Shown: positions 47,020 through 56,522 of the stretch, one piece after another | Layout of the letters: each line of letters opens with the position of its first letter | Position numbering within the stretch: the stretch's first letter is position 1 | DNA from: an uncultured delta proteobacterium | Lineage (GTDB): Bacteria; Myxococcota_A; Polyangia; Polyangiales; Houyiibacteriaceae | DNA: 64,000 nt | Reading direction: 5' to 3' | NCBI GenBank assembly: GCA_963786865.1 | Contig: CAWBAV010000013.1 | Location: 65,067 to 129,066, forward strand | The notes under the pieces: generated by a model | Databases searched by the model: none | What the model was told of the DNA's origin: nothing | Seen by the model: only the letters and a program-made list of their open reading frames with translations | Made by a program: the position numbers and the translations under genes

Positions 47020-50011
47020 TCAGCTCCGCGCTTCGACCTCACCTCGCAGCTCCACCGATCGCCTCTCGACGGCGTCGGGACTGACTTCGACGCAATTTCG
47101 ACCTCGCTGCTTCGCTCGATAGAGCGCACGGTCCGCAGCCGCGACGAGGTCCGAGGGCTTCAAATCGCCGGCGCCCGCCTCGGCGCAGGCGACCCCGACG
47201 CTCACCGTCACGAAGGGGACGGGGTCCGCCTGCGGGTTCGAGAGCTGCAGATCGAGGACGCGGTGCCGGAGGTTCTCTGCCGTCGCGCCCACACCCTGTC
47301 GTGTCGCCCCGGGGAGGATCACGGCGAACTCCTCTCCGCCGTAGCGAGCGACGAGCTCTCCCGCTCGCTTGTGGGCGCCAGCGACGGCCTGCGCCACCGC
47401 GCGCAGACCCACGTCGCCCGCCTGGTGCCCGAAGCGATCGTTGTACGCCTTGAACGAGTCGATGTCGAGGAGCACGAGCGCGAGAGGCGTCTGCGCGCGG
47501 CTGGCGCGACGGCATTCCTCGTCGAGAGCGTCATCGAAGGCGCGGCGGTTCAAGACCCCGGTCAAGCCGTCCTCTCGAGCCAGCTGGGCGAGGCGCGCGT
47601 TCGCGGCTTCCACCTCGGCGGTTCTCTCGGCGACGAGCCGTTCGAGCTCCGCTTTCTGGCGAGTGAGGCGGCGATCCGAAAGCGGTGGAAGAGCGGGCCC
47701 GCTGAAAGGAAGAAGAGCACCGCGAATCCACGGAACCAGAGAGTCTCGTAATAACGGGGCGCGCCGCGACCGACAGCGTGGCGCCCTGCTCGTTCCACAA
47801 GCCGTCGTCGTTCGCGGCGATGACGCGGAAGCGGTAGCGGCCCGGGGGAAGCTTCGTGTAGTACGCAGCTCGGCGGCTACCCGCCTCCACCCATGCGTCT
47901 TCGTATCCCTCGAGACGATACCGAAACCGTATCGCCTCCGGAGCGGTGAGACTCAAGGCGGTGTAGTGGATCTCGAGCGAACGGGTGCCCGAAGGCGAGC
48001 TGCCGGAGCTCGGCGGGCTCGACGAGACGATCGTCGACGAGCACCTCTTCGATCGCGACGGGCGGCTCGACTCGATTGGTCGGGAGGTGCTCCGGGTCGA
48101 TCCGAACGACCCCCTCGATCGTCGGGAACCAGATCTTTCCGTCCCGGGTCCTCACGCCCGGCGCTCGCCCCGCCATTGCACTCGGCGTTTTTCATCCCGT
48201 CGGGGTCCCGTAGGCGACGGGCTCGACCCGCTCGCGGGTCCCGTCGGCGACCTCGTCGAGACTCCTTCTTGGACGACGCGAGAGATGCCGCTGTTCGAGC
48301 TCATCCACACGTTGCCCAGGCCGTCCTCGATGAGCCGATGGATGACGTTGTCGTAGAGGCCCTCCTTTTCGGTAATGGCGGTGAAACGGCCGTCCTTCAG
48401 CCGGTTCAATCCTCCGCCATACGTGCCGATCCAGAGGCTTCCCTCGTCGTCTTCGTAGAGCGCGAAGACGAGGTCATCGGACAGACCGTCCTTCGTCGTG
48501 AACACCGTGATCTCTCCGTCCCGGAGGCGGTTGAGCCCGCCGCCCCGGGTCCCGATCCAGAGGTCGCCCCGGCGATCCTCGAGGATGACGTTGACGGTGT
48601 CGCTCGAAAGGCCTTCCTTCGTGGTGAAGGCGGTCAAGCGCCCGTTCTCGAGGCGGTTGAGCCCGCCCGCGTAGGTGCCAATCCAGAGGCTTCCGTCGCG
48701 GTCCTCGTAGAGCGCGAGGACGCTGTCGTTCGTCAAGCCCATGTTGGCAGTCATGACGTCGAAGCGACCATCGCGGAGCCGCGTGAGCCCGCTGTCCGTG
48801 CCGATCCAGAGGCTCCCCTGTCGATCCTCGAGGATCGAGAAGATGACGTCGTTCGAGAGTCCGTCGTCCGTGGTAAACGCGGTGAAGTGGCCCTCTCTCA
48901 TGCGGTTGATGCCGCCACCCTCGGTTCCGATCCAGAGCGTGCCCTCGCGGTCCTCGTAAACGGAGCGGACGAAATCATTGGAGAGACCCTCAGCGGTGGT
49001 GAAGGGAGTGAAGCGTCCGTCCCTCAGCCGGTTGAGCCCTCCCAGGTTCGTGCCGATCCAGAGGCTCCCCTCGCGGTCTTCGTAGAGAGCGTAGACGCTG
49101 TCGTTCGACAGTCCTTGCCCGCTCCGGAACGACGTGAAGCGTCCGTCCCGGCGTCGATTCAGCCCGCCGCCGTCGGTGCCGATCCACAGGCTCCCGTCGT
49201 GGTCTTCGTAGAGGGACCAGATGACGTCGTGCGAGAGCCCGTCGTCCCGGGTGAAGACGGTGAACCGGCCGTTCTCCCATCGGTTGAGCCCGAGATCGGT
49301 CCCGACCCAGAGGACGCCTTGCCGGTCGACGAGCAGGGCGCGGACGCTCAGACGCGACAGTCCCTCTTCCGGAGTGAACGAGCTCAACGTGCCGTCGTCG
49401 CGAAGCCGGGCGAGCCCCGCTTCTGTGCCGATCCAGAGGCCCTCCGAGTCCTCGGCGAGCGCGCGGATACGAGTGCCGAGGGCGCCCCGCGACGGCTCTT
49501 GCACGAACCGATCCCCCTCGAGTCGGGCGAGGCCCCCGCCATCGGTTCCCACCCAGAGCCGTCCGCGGCGGTCTTCGTAGAGTGTGGACACCTGGTCGCT
49601 CGGCAGTCCCTCCGCCGTCGAGAAACGGGTGAACCGACCGTCCTCGTAGCGCGCGAGCCCCCCGCCGGCCGTTCCCACCCAGAGACGCCCGTCCTCGTCC
49701 GCGAGGAGGCAGCTCACGAAGTCGTGCCCGATCTCGGGCACATGGTCCGTGTCGAACACGGTGAAGCGCAGGCCGTCGAAGCGAACGAGCCCGTCCCGAG
49801 TGCCCAACCAGAGATAGCCGTCGCGCGTCTGGGCGATGGCTTGCACCGTATTCTGAGGGAGACCGTCACCCGTCTGCCAGACGTCGTGCAGGTACTGCGT
49901 GATCGCCTTTTCCGGGTCGAGGGCGGTCGCGAGCGAGGGGACTCCGAGAAGAAGAAGACCGATGGCGCCGGCACAGATTCGAGAGGGCGAGATCGAGAGC
50001 GTCGCTGGCAT
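47020..50011 (-). CDS. Beta-propeller (Reg_prop) + Y_Y_Y + GGDEF diguanylate cyclase (frameshifts ~47,600-48,250)
   Basis: 14 W-containing propeller blades (12 W[ILV]GT, plus WMSS and WFPT); YTKLPPGRYRFRV; DGLTG..NRR, FKAYND.FGH..GD and RYGGEEF. Confidence 0.9.
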
Positions 50012-50141
50012 CGGTCGGGACTCGTGGATCCGGCAGAGCCCCAGACGCCCCGCCGGTCGGATCGAACGCTTGGATGGAGCTTTGACAACCATTATAGGAA
50101 TCCGGCGGCCGGATTTGAAACCCCGACCGTCGGCCGGTGCT

Positions 50142-50700
50142 CTAGCGCGCGAGGACGTGCCGGGCGAGGGCCTCGAGCGCCATGGCCGTGGTGAACGAAG
50201 GAGAGTAGAACTCGAAGACCTGGCCGTGATCGGTACGGGCGATGAAGAACGTCGCCGGCGCGTAGCCCCCGAACGGCCGCTGCTCGGCGACGAGAAAAGC
50301 GGCGGCGCCCGCGAGCAGGGGGGTCTCACGTCCGGCGTTTTGTAGCGTGAGGAGGGCGAACGCCGTGTTGAGCTGTGGCGCTCCCCGGTCCCAGTACGCG
50401 CTGCCGTCGAGCCGCACGATAACGGAGGCCTCGAGCTCGTCCGCTAGGATCTCGACTGCGGGGGCGAGGCCCGTCACGCCTCCCTCGTGATAGGCGCGCG
50501 AGACGGCGTACTGGAACACGAGGTTGTCGGGGTAATACTCGGAGATCTCCTCGAAATGGTCGCGATGGAGGCCGAGCGCCACGGCTTCGTTGATGAGCGC
50601 GACGGCGTCGGCGACCCCCGGCGTGCCGAGCCGACTGTAACGGCCGAGCGCGTAGAGCACGTTCGCGTTGACCACGAGATCGATGTCGTTCGGATACACG
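50142..50700 (-). CDS. C-terminal fragment of a helical hypothetical protein (prenyltransferase/squalene-cyclase-like barrel), cut at the junction
   Basis: NDIDLVVNANVLYALG ... FYSPSFTTAMALEAL*; segment-1 codon style stops at about 50,700 and no 5' part follows. Confidence 0.6.
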
Positions 50701-50705
50701 GGCGG

Positions 50706-50729
50706 ACGCTCGAACGTCTGGGTTTGTAG
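50706..50729 (+). CDS. aorB: Probable last codons of the tungsten aldehyde oxidoreductase catalytic subunit (TLERLGL*)
   Basis: acg ctc gaa cgt ctg ggt ttg tag resembles typical AOR C-termini and directly precedes aorC/D/E-like genes. Only 7 codons are visible. Confidence 0.4.
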   Translation, partial: TLERLGL

Positions 50730-50746
50730 GCCCGGCGTAAGCAATG

Positions 50747-50780
50747 GCGGGGTTGCGCGTGGCGCTGCCCCGCTTTTCTT
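50747..50780 (+). terminator. Intrinsic terminator-like hairpin
   Basis: gcgggg-tt-gcgc-gtg-gcgc-tg-ccccgc followed by ttttctttc. Confidence 0.6.
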
Positions 50781-50801
50781 TCCCTTCCGGAGAGGAAAAC
50801 G

Positions 50802-52061
50802 ATGAAACACATCATTCTCGGCAATGGACCGGCGGGCGTCGTCGCCGCCGAAACCCTGCGCCATGCAGCGCCCGACGACGACATCCTGCTCATCGGCAAC
50901 GAGGCTTCGCCACCCTATTCGCGGATGGCGATTCCCTACCTGCTGGAAGGCAATATCGATGAGCGCGGCACTTATCTGCGCAAGGCAGAGGACCATTTCG
51001 CCAAACTCCGCATCGACCAGCGGCGCGGGCGGGCTGTTGCGGTCAACAGCGAAAAACGAAGGATTTTGTTTGACGATGGCCATTTCGAGCCTTTTGACCG
51101 GCTGCTGGTCGCCACCGGCTCGCATCCGGTAAGGCCGCCGATTCCCGGCATCGACCTGCCGCAGGTGCAAACCTGCTGGACGCTCGACGATGCGCGGGCG
51201 ATCGCCGCCCACGCCAAGCCCGGTGCGCGCGTGCTGCAACTGGGGGCGGGCTTCATCGGTTGCATCATCATGGAATCGCTGGTCAAGCGCGGCGTGCAAC
51301 TGACCGTCGTCGAAATGGGCGACCGCATGGTGCCGCGCATGATGACGCCGGAAGCCGGCAGCATGATCAAGCGCTGGGTGGAGAATCAAGGGGTGCGGGT
51401 GGTGACGAAGGCCGGCGTCGAGCGCATCGAAATCGGCGAAAAATCACCGTTGACCGTGACATTGTCCACTGGCGAAAAACTCGACTGCGATCTGCTGATC
51501 GTCGCCGCTGGCGTGGCGCCAAATGTTGCATTTCTTGAGGGAACGCCGGTGCATGTCGCCAAGGGCATCCTGGTCGACGACACGATGCAGACCTCGGTGC
51601 CGGGCATCTATGCCGCTGGCGACGTGGCGGAAGCGCCAGACCTGTTTTCCGGACGCCATCTGGTTGCCGCCATCCAGCCCAATGCCGCCGACCAGGCGCG
51701 CATCGCGGCGGTCAACATGGCCGGTGGGGTTGGCAACAGCGCGGCCCGCATGAACGGCGTTCTGGCGATCAACGTGCTCGATTCGATGGGCATGATTTCG
51801 TCGTCCTTCGGCGAATGGCAGGGGGTCGCCGGTGGTGATGGGGTCGAGCGGGCCGACGAGGCGAGCGGCCGCTACATCAGCCTGCAGTTCGATGGCGATG
51901 TTCTGGTCGGCGCGACGGCGATCGGCCTCACCGAACACGTCGGCGCACTGCGTGGCCTGATCCAGGCGAAGACAAGACTTGGCGCATGGAAACAGAAACT
52001 GCTGGAAACGCCGACGCGCTTCGTAGAAGCCTTCATCGCCTGTCAGCGCCCCAATAGCTGA
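50802..52061 (+). CDS. aorC: FAD/NAD pyridine nucleotide-disulfide oxidoreductase, AorC-like
   Basis: GNGPAG, PYSRMAIPY, ATGSHP, GAGFIG and GIYAAGDVAE; context with MoaD-like and small downstream genes. Confidence 0.75.
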   Translation: MKHIILGNGPAGVVAAETLRHAAPDDDILLIGNEASPPYSRMAIPYLLEGNIDERGTYLRKAEDHFAKLRIDQRRGRAVAVNSEKRRILFDDGHFEPFDRLLVATGSHPVRPPIPGIDLPQVQTCWTLDDARAIAAHAKPGARVLQLGAGFIGCIIMESLVKRGVQLTVVEMGDRMVPRMMTPEAGSMIKRWVENQGVRVVTKAGVERIEIGEKSPLTVTLSTGEKLDCDLLIVAAGVAPNVAFLEGTPVHVAKGILVDDTMQTSVPGIYAAGDVAEAPDLFSGRHLVAAIQPNAADQARIAAVNMAGGVGNSAARMNGVLAINVLDSMGMISSSFGEWQGVAGGDGVERADEASGRYISLQFDGDVLVGATAIGLTEHVGALRGLIQAKTRLGAWKQKLLETPTRFVEAFIACQRPNS

Positions 52062-52065
52062 TTCG

Positions 52066-52317
52066 ATGAAGGTCACGGTCAAGCTTTACGCCACACTCGG
52101 CGACTACCTGCCGGCCGGCAGCAAGAACAACCGGGCGGTGGTCGAGGTGCCGGAAGCGGCTGTGGTGAGTGCGGTTCTGGTGCCGTTCGCGCTGCCGGAG
52201 CGACTGACCCATCTGGTGCTGGTCAATGGCGTCTTCGTGCCGCCCGAAGCGCGCGCGACAACCCCGCTCAAGGAAGATGACATGCTGGCGGTCTGGCCAC
52301 CGATTGCCGGTGGCTGA
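52066..52317 (+). CDS. MoaD/ThiS sulfur carrier, AorD-like
   Basis: VKLYATL, LVLVNG and C-terminal PPIAGG. Confidence 0.9.
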   Translation: MKVTVKLYATLGDYLPAGSKNNRAVVEVPEAAVVSAVLVPFALPERLTHLVLVNGVFVPPEARATTPLKEDDMLAVWPPIAGG

Positions 52318-52351
52318 CGGGCCGTTTCCCTGGAGTGGAAATCGCGTCCGG

Positions 52352-52618
52352 ATGATGAGCAACTGCTCGCCGGCAGAGTTCCGGCGCACCATGCGCTATG
52401 CGTTCGGCGATGCGGTGCGCGAGGACGCTACGGGATTGCGGGTTGACGCTGACGGGGCAAGCCTTCATTTCGCCTTGAGCAGCGAGGAGCCACGACGTAT
52501 TGGTGCGCTGCAGCTTTCCGTCCTGCGCGTCGAAATCACGGTTCGCCAGGGCGGCGAAAAGGCTGCTTCCGAACTGCTGACCCGGATCGACCGGGCAACA
52601 CAGCGTGGTGGTGGCTAG
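52352..52618 (+). CDS. Small hypothetical protein, AorE-like position
   Basis: 88 aa ending QRGGG; follows the MoaD-like gene; start is uncertain. Confidence 0.6.
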   Translation: MMSNCSPAEFRRTMRYAFGDAVREDATGLRVDADGASLHFALSSEEPRRIGALQLSVLRVEITVRQGGEKAASELLTRIDRATQRGGG

Positions 52619-52797
52619 TTCTCGATCCGGCAGATTTCGACGGCTGTGGCCGGGACCTGATAATCGGTTGCCAGCTGGGTTCTTACCGTATTCTCGATGT
52701 CCTGGTCTTCCGCTGCCACAAAGTGCCTGGCACCGGTGTAATTCATCGGGATACCGGCGCGGTCCTGGGTGATTCGATAATGGATTTTGACGTTCAT
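52615..52797 (-). CDS. Small hypothetical protein (60 aa)
   Basis: MNVKIHYRITQDRAGIPMNYTGARHFVAAEDQDIENTVRTQLATDYQVPATAVEICRIEN*; its stop shares the CTAG with the convergent gene. Confidence 0.55.
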   Translation of the reverse strand: MNVKIHYRITQDRAGIPMNYTGARHFVAAEDQDIENTVRTQLATDYQVPATAVEICRIEN

Positions 52798-52958
52798 TGC
52801 TGTTCTCGTTTTTTGATTTCTGGTTGATCCTGCAAGCTGAGTATAGCCAGTAGTGGTGCACTGCACCATGAAATATTTCACGCTTGGCTTCGAACCGGCA
52901 TTTGCGAAGTGTGGATAATTGCGGCACTTCAATTTCGACGGACAAGTGGTACATCTTG

Positions 52959-53474
52959 ATGAAATTCATCGGCTTTGCCGGTTGGTCGGGTAGCGGCAAG
53001 ACAACCCTCATCGAACAGGTAATCACTGTCCTCGAAGCGTGCGGACTGGTCGTTTCACTGATCAAGCACGCCCATCACGAATTCGAGATCGACTATCCGG
53101 GCAAGGATTCGCACCGCCATCGCCACGCTGGTTGCCGCGAGGTATTGGTCACCTCGGCCAAGCGCTGGGCAATGATGCATGAGTTGCGTGGACGCTCCGA
53201 ACTGACGCTGAGTGAGGCGTTGAGCCAGCTTGCGCCGTGCGATGTTGTGCTGGTCGAGGGCTTCAAGCACGAGCCGATACCAAAGATCGAAATCTATCGC
53301 CCGGAAATCGGCAAGCCTGCGCTCTACCCCGACGACCCTTGCGTAATTGCAGTCGCCAGCAATGTGCCGTTGGCCACTGCCCTGCCCCAGCTCGACATCA
53401 ACGACCCGGCCGCGGTCGCCGCGTTCGTGCTGCAAACGCTCGCACTCGATCAGCCAACTGGCTTGTCGAGATAG
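52959..53474 (+). CDS. mobB: Molybdopterin-guanine dinucleotide biosynthesis protein B
   Basis: GWSGSGKTT, IKHAHH, PGKDS.RHR.AG and LVEGFKHEP.PKIE. Confidence 0.95.
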   Translation: MKFIGFAGWSGSGKTTLIEQVITVLEACGLVVSLIKHAHHEFEIDYPGKDSHRHRHAGCREVLVTSAKRWAMMHELRGRSELTLSEALSQLAPCDVVLVEGFKHEPIPKIEIYRPEIGKPALYPDDPCVIAVASNVPLATALPQLDINDPAAVAAFVLQTLALDQPTGLSR

Positions 53475-56374
53475 GCGCCGATGTTGACGCTGTCGATCTG
53501 CTCGGGTTTCATGAAGCGCTCGGCATAGTCGCGATAGACGCCGGAGCGCAGAAAGAGGTCGAACAGGTCGGGATCGATGTGCTGGTCCTTTTTCATGAAC
53601 GACATGATCCGGATCGCTTCCGAGAGCGTCTTGCCCTTCTTGTACGGGCGGTCGACGGCGGTCAGCGCCTCGAAGATGTCGGCGATCGCCATCATGCGCG
53701 CGACCGGACTCATCTCGTCGCGGGTCAGGCGGCGCGGGTAGCCGGTGCCGTCCATCTTCTCGTGGTGGCCGGCGGCAATTTCCGGGACGTTGCGCAGGTG
53801 CTTGGGGAAAGGCAGCTCGCTGAGCATGATCAGGGTCTGCACGATGTGCTCGTTGATCTTGTAGCGCTCTTCTTCCGACAGCGTGCCGCGGGCGACGCTC
53901 AGGTTGTAGAGTTCGCCCTTGTTGTAGAGCGCCTCGCGGAACCACCATGCGGAAGCCCCACTTGTTGTCGGCCGGCATGCCGGTCGCGCGCGCCGCGTTC
54001 GAAAACGTGCTCCGGACGGTCGGCCAGCAGTGGCTTCGCGCACCGGCAGCGCGGGTGCCGGGGTGCGTGCCTTGCGCGCCTTCTCTTCGTGGGAAATGCC
54101 GATCCGGTCGTCCAGGGTGCGCGTCCATGTCCGGGCGGCGATGGCCTGCAAGCGGGCGAGTTTTTCGGGGGCCATGAACTCGCCGCCTTCGTTGCATTCG
54201 GCAATGAAGGCGAAGTCGTCATCCAGTTGGGCCAAAGTTTCCGCCAGGCGCGCGCGTGCTGCCGCTTCGGATTCGCCCCCGGCGACGGCTTTCAGGCAGG
54301 CAATTTCGGCATCGCGCTTGAGTACCTCGAAGCGCATGCGGACTTCGTGGATGCGGTCATACAGCGTCTCGAGCTTGGTTGCCTTGTCGACCACGTATTC
54401 CGGTGTCGTCACCTTGCCGCAATCATGCAGCCAGGCAGCGACGTGCACCGCTTCCCACTCGTCATCGCCGAGCTGGAAATCCTTGAACGCGCCGCTGGTT
54501 TCGGCGCAGGCAGCGCGCGCCAGCATCTTGGTCAGTTCCGGAACCCGGGCGCAGTGGCCGCCGGTGTACGGGCTCTTGGCGTCGATGGCGCCGGCGATCA
54601 ACTGGATGAAGGCTTCGAACAGCATTTTCTGGGCCTTGATCAGTTCCTTGCTTTCGAGCGAGACGGCGACCGATCCCGAGAGTGCCGCGATGAAGCTGAG
54701 GCGCGCCGGATCGGTTTCGTCATGGCGCAACAGCAACATGGCGCCGACCAGGTTGTGCTGGCGGTTGAGCAGCGGAACGGCGATCGCGTCGCTCGCTTCA
54801 CTGCTTTCGATGATTCTCGCCAGGCCGAGCGCACGCACGTCGGCATCAGTCAATTCAGCGGCATGTGCCGTGCCGGCACTCAGCGCTGCGGCGAGCAGCG
54901 GGCCGGCGGCTGGCGCGGAGACCGCCAACGCATCGGCCGGCAAAGATGTTCCGTCGGCGTTCAGGGCGGCGGCCGGCACCAGTTTGTCACCGTCAACCAG
55001 ATAGAGGATGCCGGCATCGGCATCGGCGGCGGAAAGCGTTTCGGTTAACAGCCGCGGCAGGAGTTTGTCGAAATCATTTTCCGCAGCGACTGCCATGCTG
55101 ATGTCAAGAAAGCGGCGGATCGTCCGCTTCATGCTTTCCATGGTGACCGACAGGTCATTGACCTCAAGGACAAGCGAGTTAACCTTGATCGGCTGCGAGA
55201 ATTCGAAACGGCGAATGGCGTCGGCCTCGCCCGATAGTTGGCGCAGCGGCCCGGAAATGTTGCGCGCCAGAACCCAGGTGATCGGTATGGCCAGCAGGAT
55301 CACGATGATCGTCGCGATCAGCGAATGGCGCATCAGGTGGTGCGCGGCTGCCATCAACTCGTCATCGGGAATCGCGGTGATCAGGAACAGTGGCGCCGAG
55401 CCTTCCAGCTTGAGCGGGTGAATCGACGCATGCCAGTCATTGCCGGCGACGTTCAGCGACAGATCCTGGGCGGTCGCCGGGGCTGCCGCTTGCAACCTGC
55501 CGACCAGTTGCGCCAGCGCCGGGCTGCCGAGCTCGGCGACATGGGCGAGGACGGGCTTACCGTCGGGGCCATCCGGAAATTTGATGGCACGCGAAAAATC
55601 CTCGAAAGCGATCGTCTGGCCGCGCTCGTTCGTCAGCGCGATTTCGCTGCCAGGCGTGACTTTCTGCCTGGCCAACGAGTGGCTCAGGGTTTCGAGCAGG
55701 ATGTCGGCGCCGACCACGGCATCCGCCCGATGTGCCCGGTTGGCGATCGTCGTGCCGACCTTGCGGCTGCTGTAGAAGAGGTAGGGCGCGGTCTTGATCT
55801 GCCCGTTCGCCTGCATCGCAGCCGTGTACCAGCTACGGGTACGCGGATCGAAGGAGCGTGCATAGTCGGGCAGGTCGTCGCTACGCAGCGTGGCGAGCTG
55901 GGCATCGAGAAAAATGTGGCGGCCGCTCAATTCGCCACCTTGGCGGTCGATACTCTGCACCATGAAGGCGGCCTGTGGCGGGGCGTTGAACGACTTGCCG
56001 TCGTCTTCGTTCCTGATCCGGCGCACCATGAAAAAATCGCCGTTGGCGTAGCCGACATAGAGCGAGGTCAGCGCTTGCGAATTGTCGAGCGCTTCGCGCA
56101 TGAAGCCGATATTCCGTAGCCGTTCTTCCAGCGACTTCGCTTCGGTGATGCCGCCGTAACTCAGAAGCCGTGTCGCCATTTCGGCCGGGCCGATGAGGTT
56201 CGAGAACTCGCTGACGGTTTCGCGACCGATGCGCGTATTTATCTCGCTTGCCGTGCTTTCGAGGATGTCGCGGCTGACCTTGTAGCCAAGTCCGCCGATG
56301 ACGCCGCCGACCAGCAGGATCAGGGCGATGAACAGCGTCGAAATGTGAACATGGAGCGGGAAGCGGCGGGTCAT
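53450..56374 (-). CDS. Cache-HAMP-GAF-HD-GYP c-di-GMP phosphodiesterase (local frame disturbance ~53,940-54,030)
   Basis: Two TM segments around a periplasmic domain; HAMP; SPYTGGHC, LHDCGK, HHEKMDGTGYP and IADIFEALTA.DRPYK. Confidence 0.9.
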   Translation of the reverse strand: MTRRFPLHVHISTLFIALILLVGGVIGGLGYKVSRDILESTASEINTRIGRETVSEFSNLIGPAEMATRLLSYGGITEAKSLEERLRNIGFMREALDNSQALTSLYVGYANGDFFMVRRIRNEDDGKSFNAPPQAAFMVQSIDRQGGELSGRHIFLDAQLATLRSDDLPDYARSFDPRTRSWYTAAMQANGQIKTAPYLFYSSRKVGTTIANRAHRADAVVGADILLETLSHSLARQKVTPGSEIALTNERGQTIAFEDFSRAIKFPDGPDGKPVLAHVAELGSPALAQLVGRLQAAAPATAQDLSLNVAGNDWHASIHPLKLEGSAPLFLITAIPDDELMAAAHHLMRHSLIATIIVILLAIPITWVLARNISGPLRQLSGEADAIRRFEFSQPIKVNSLVLEVNDLSVTMESMKRTIRRFLDISMAVAAENDFDKLLPRLLTETLSAADADAGILYLVDGDKLVPAAALNADGTSLPADALAVSAPAAGPLLAAALSAGTAHAAELTDADVRALGLARIIESSEASDAIAVPLLNRQHNLVGAMLLLRHDETDPARLSFIAALSGSVAVSLESKELIKAQKMLFEAFIQLIAGAIDAKSPYTGGHCARVPELTKMLARAACAETSGAFKDFQLGDDEWEAVHVAAWLHDCGKVTTPEYVVDKATKLETLYDRIHEVRMRFEVLKRDAEIACLKAVAGGESEAAARARLAETLAQLDDDFAFIAECNEGGEFMAPEKLARLQAIAARTWTRTLDDRIGISHEEKARKARTPAPALPVREATAGRPSGARFRTRRARPACRPTTSGASAWWFREALYNKGELYNLSVARGTLSEEERYKINEHIVQTLIMLSELPFPKHLRNVPEIAAGHHEKMDGTGYPRRLTRDEMSPVARMMAIADIFEALTAVDRPYKKGKTLSEAIRIMSFMKKDQHIDPDLFDLFLRSGVYRDYAERFMKPEQIDSVNIGAYLDKPVG

Positions 56375-56522
56375 GGCGATGCCTCGGACGGACCGGAAGC
56401 TGCATGTTACGCCTTGCCCGGCAAGGTATAAACTGGGGATTCGATTCCAGAAAAAATGTTGACAGCATGCAACGGAAGATCAGCGCCATTCAGACCGCCT
56501 ACCTGCCAGCGAACAGGACGCC

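Noticed and set aside
48300-49830. Regularly spaced near-repeats (ccgatccagag...) that could be mistaken for a CRISPR array
   Set aside because: They encode W[ILV]GT propeller blades in frame, are degenerate at third positions, and there are no cas genes.
50102-50130. Minus-strand ggtttcaaatccggcc resembling a tRNA T-arm
   Set aside because: The loop has an extra base, and no acceptor, D or anticodon arms or CCA can be built; it is only a small hairpin.
47369-50194. 941-aa plus-strand ORF, and similar long ORFs at 43630-45777, 53237-55048, 3643-5205 and 32331-33818
   Set aside because: These are antisense shadows of real genes in GC-rich DNA and have no family motifs.
56412-56426. Palindrome ccttgcc-c-ggcaagg between the HD-GYP and Na/Pi genes
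   Set aside because: Single short GC-rich palindrome with no second copy or recognisable consensus; too weak to call.
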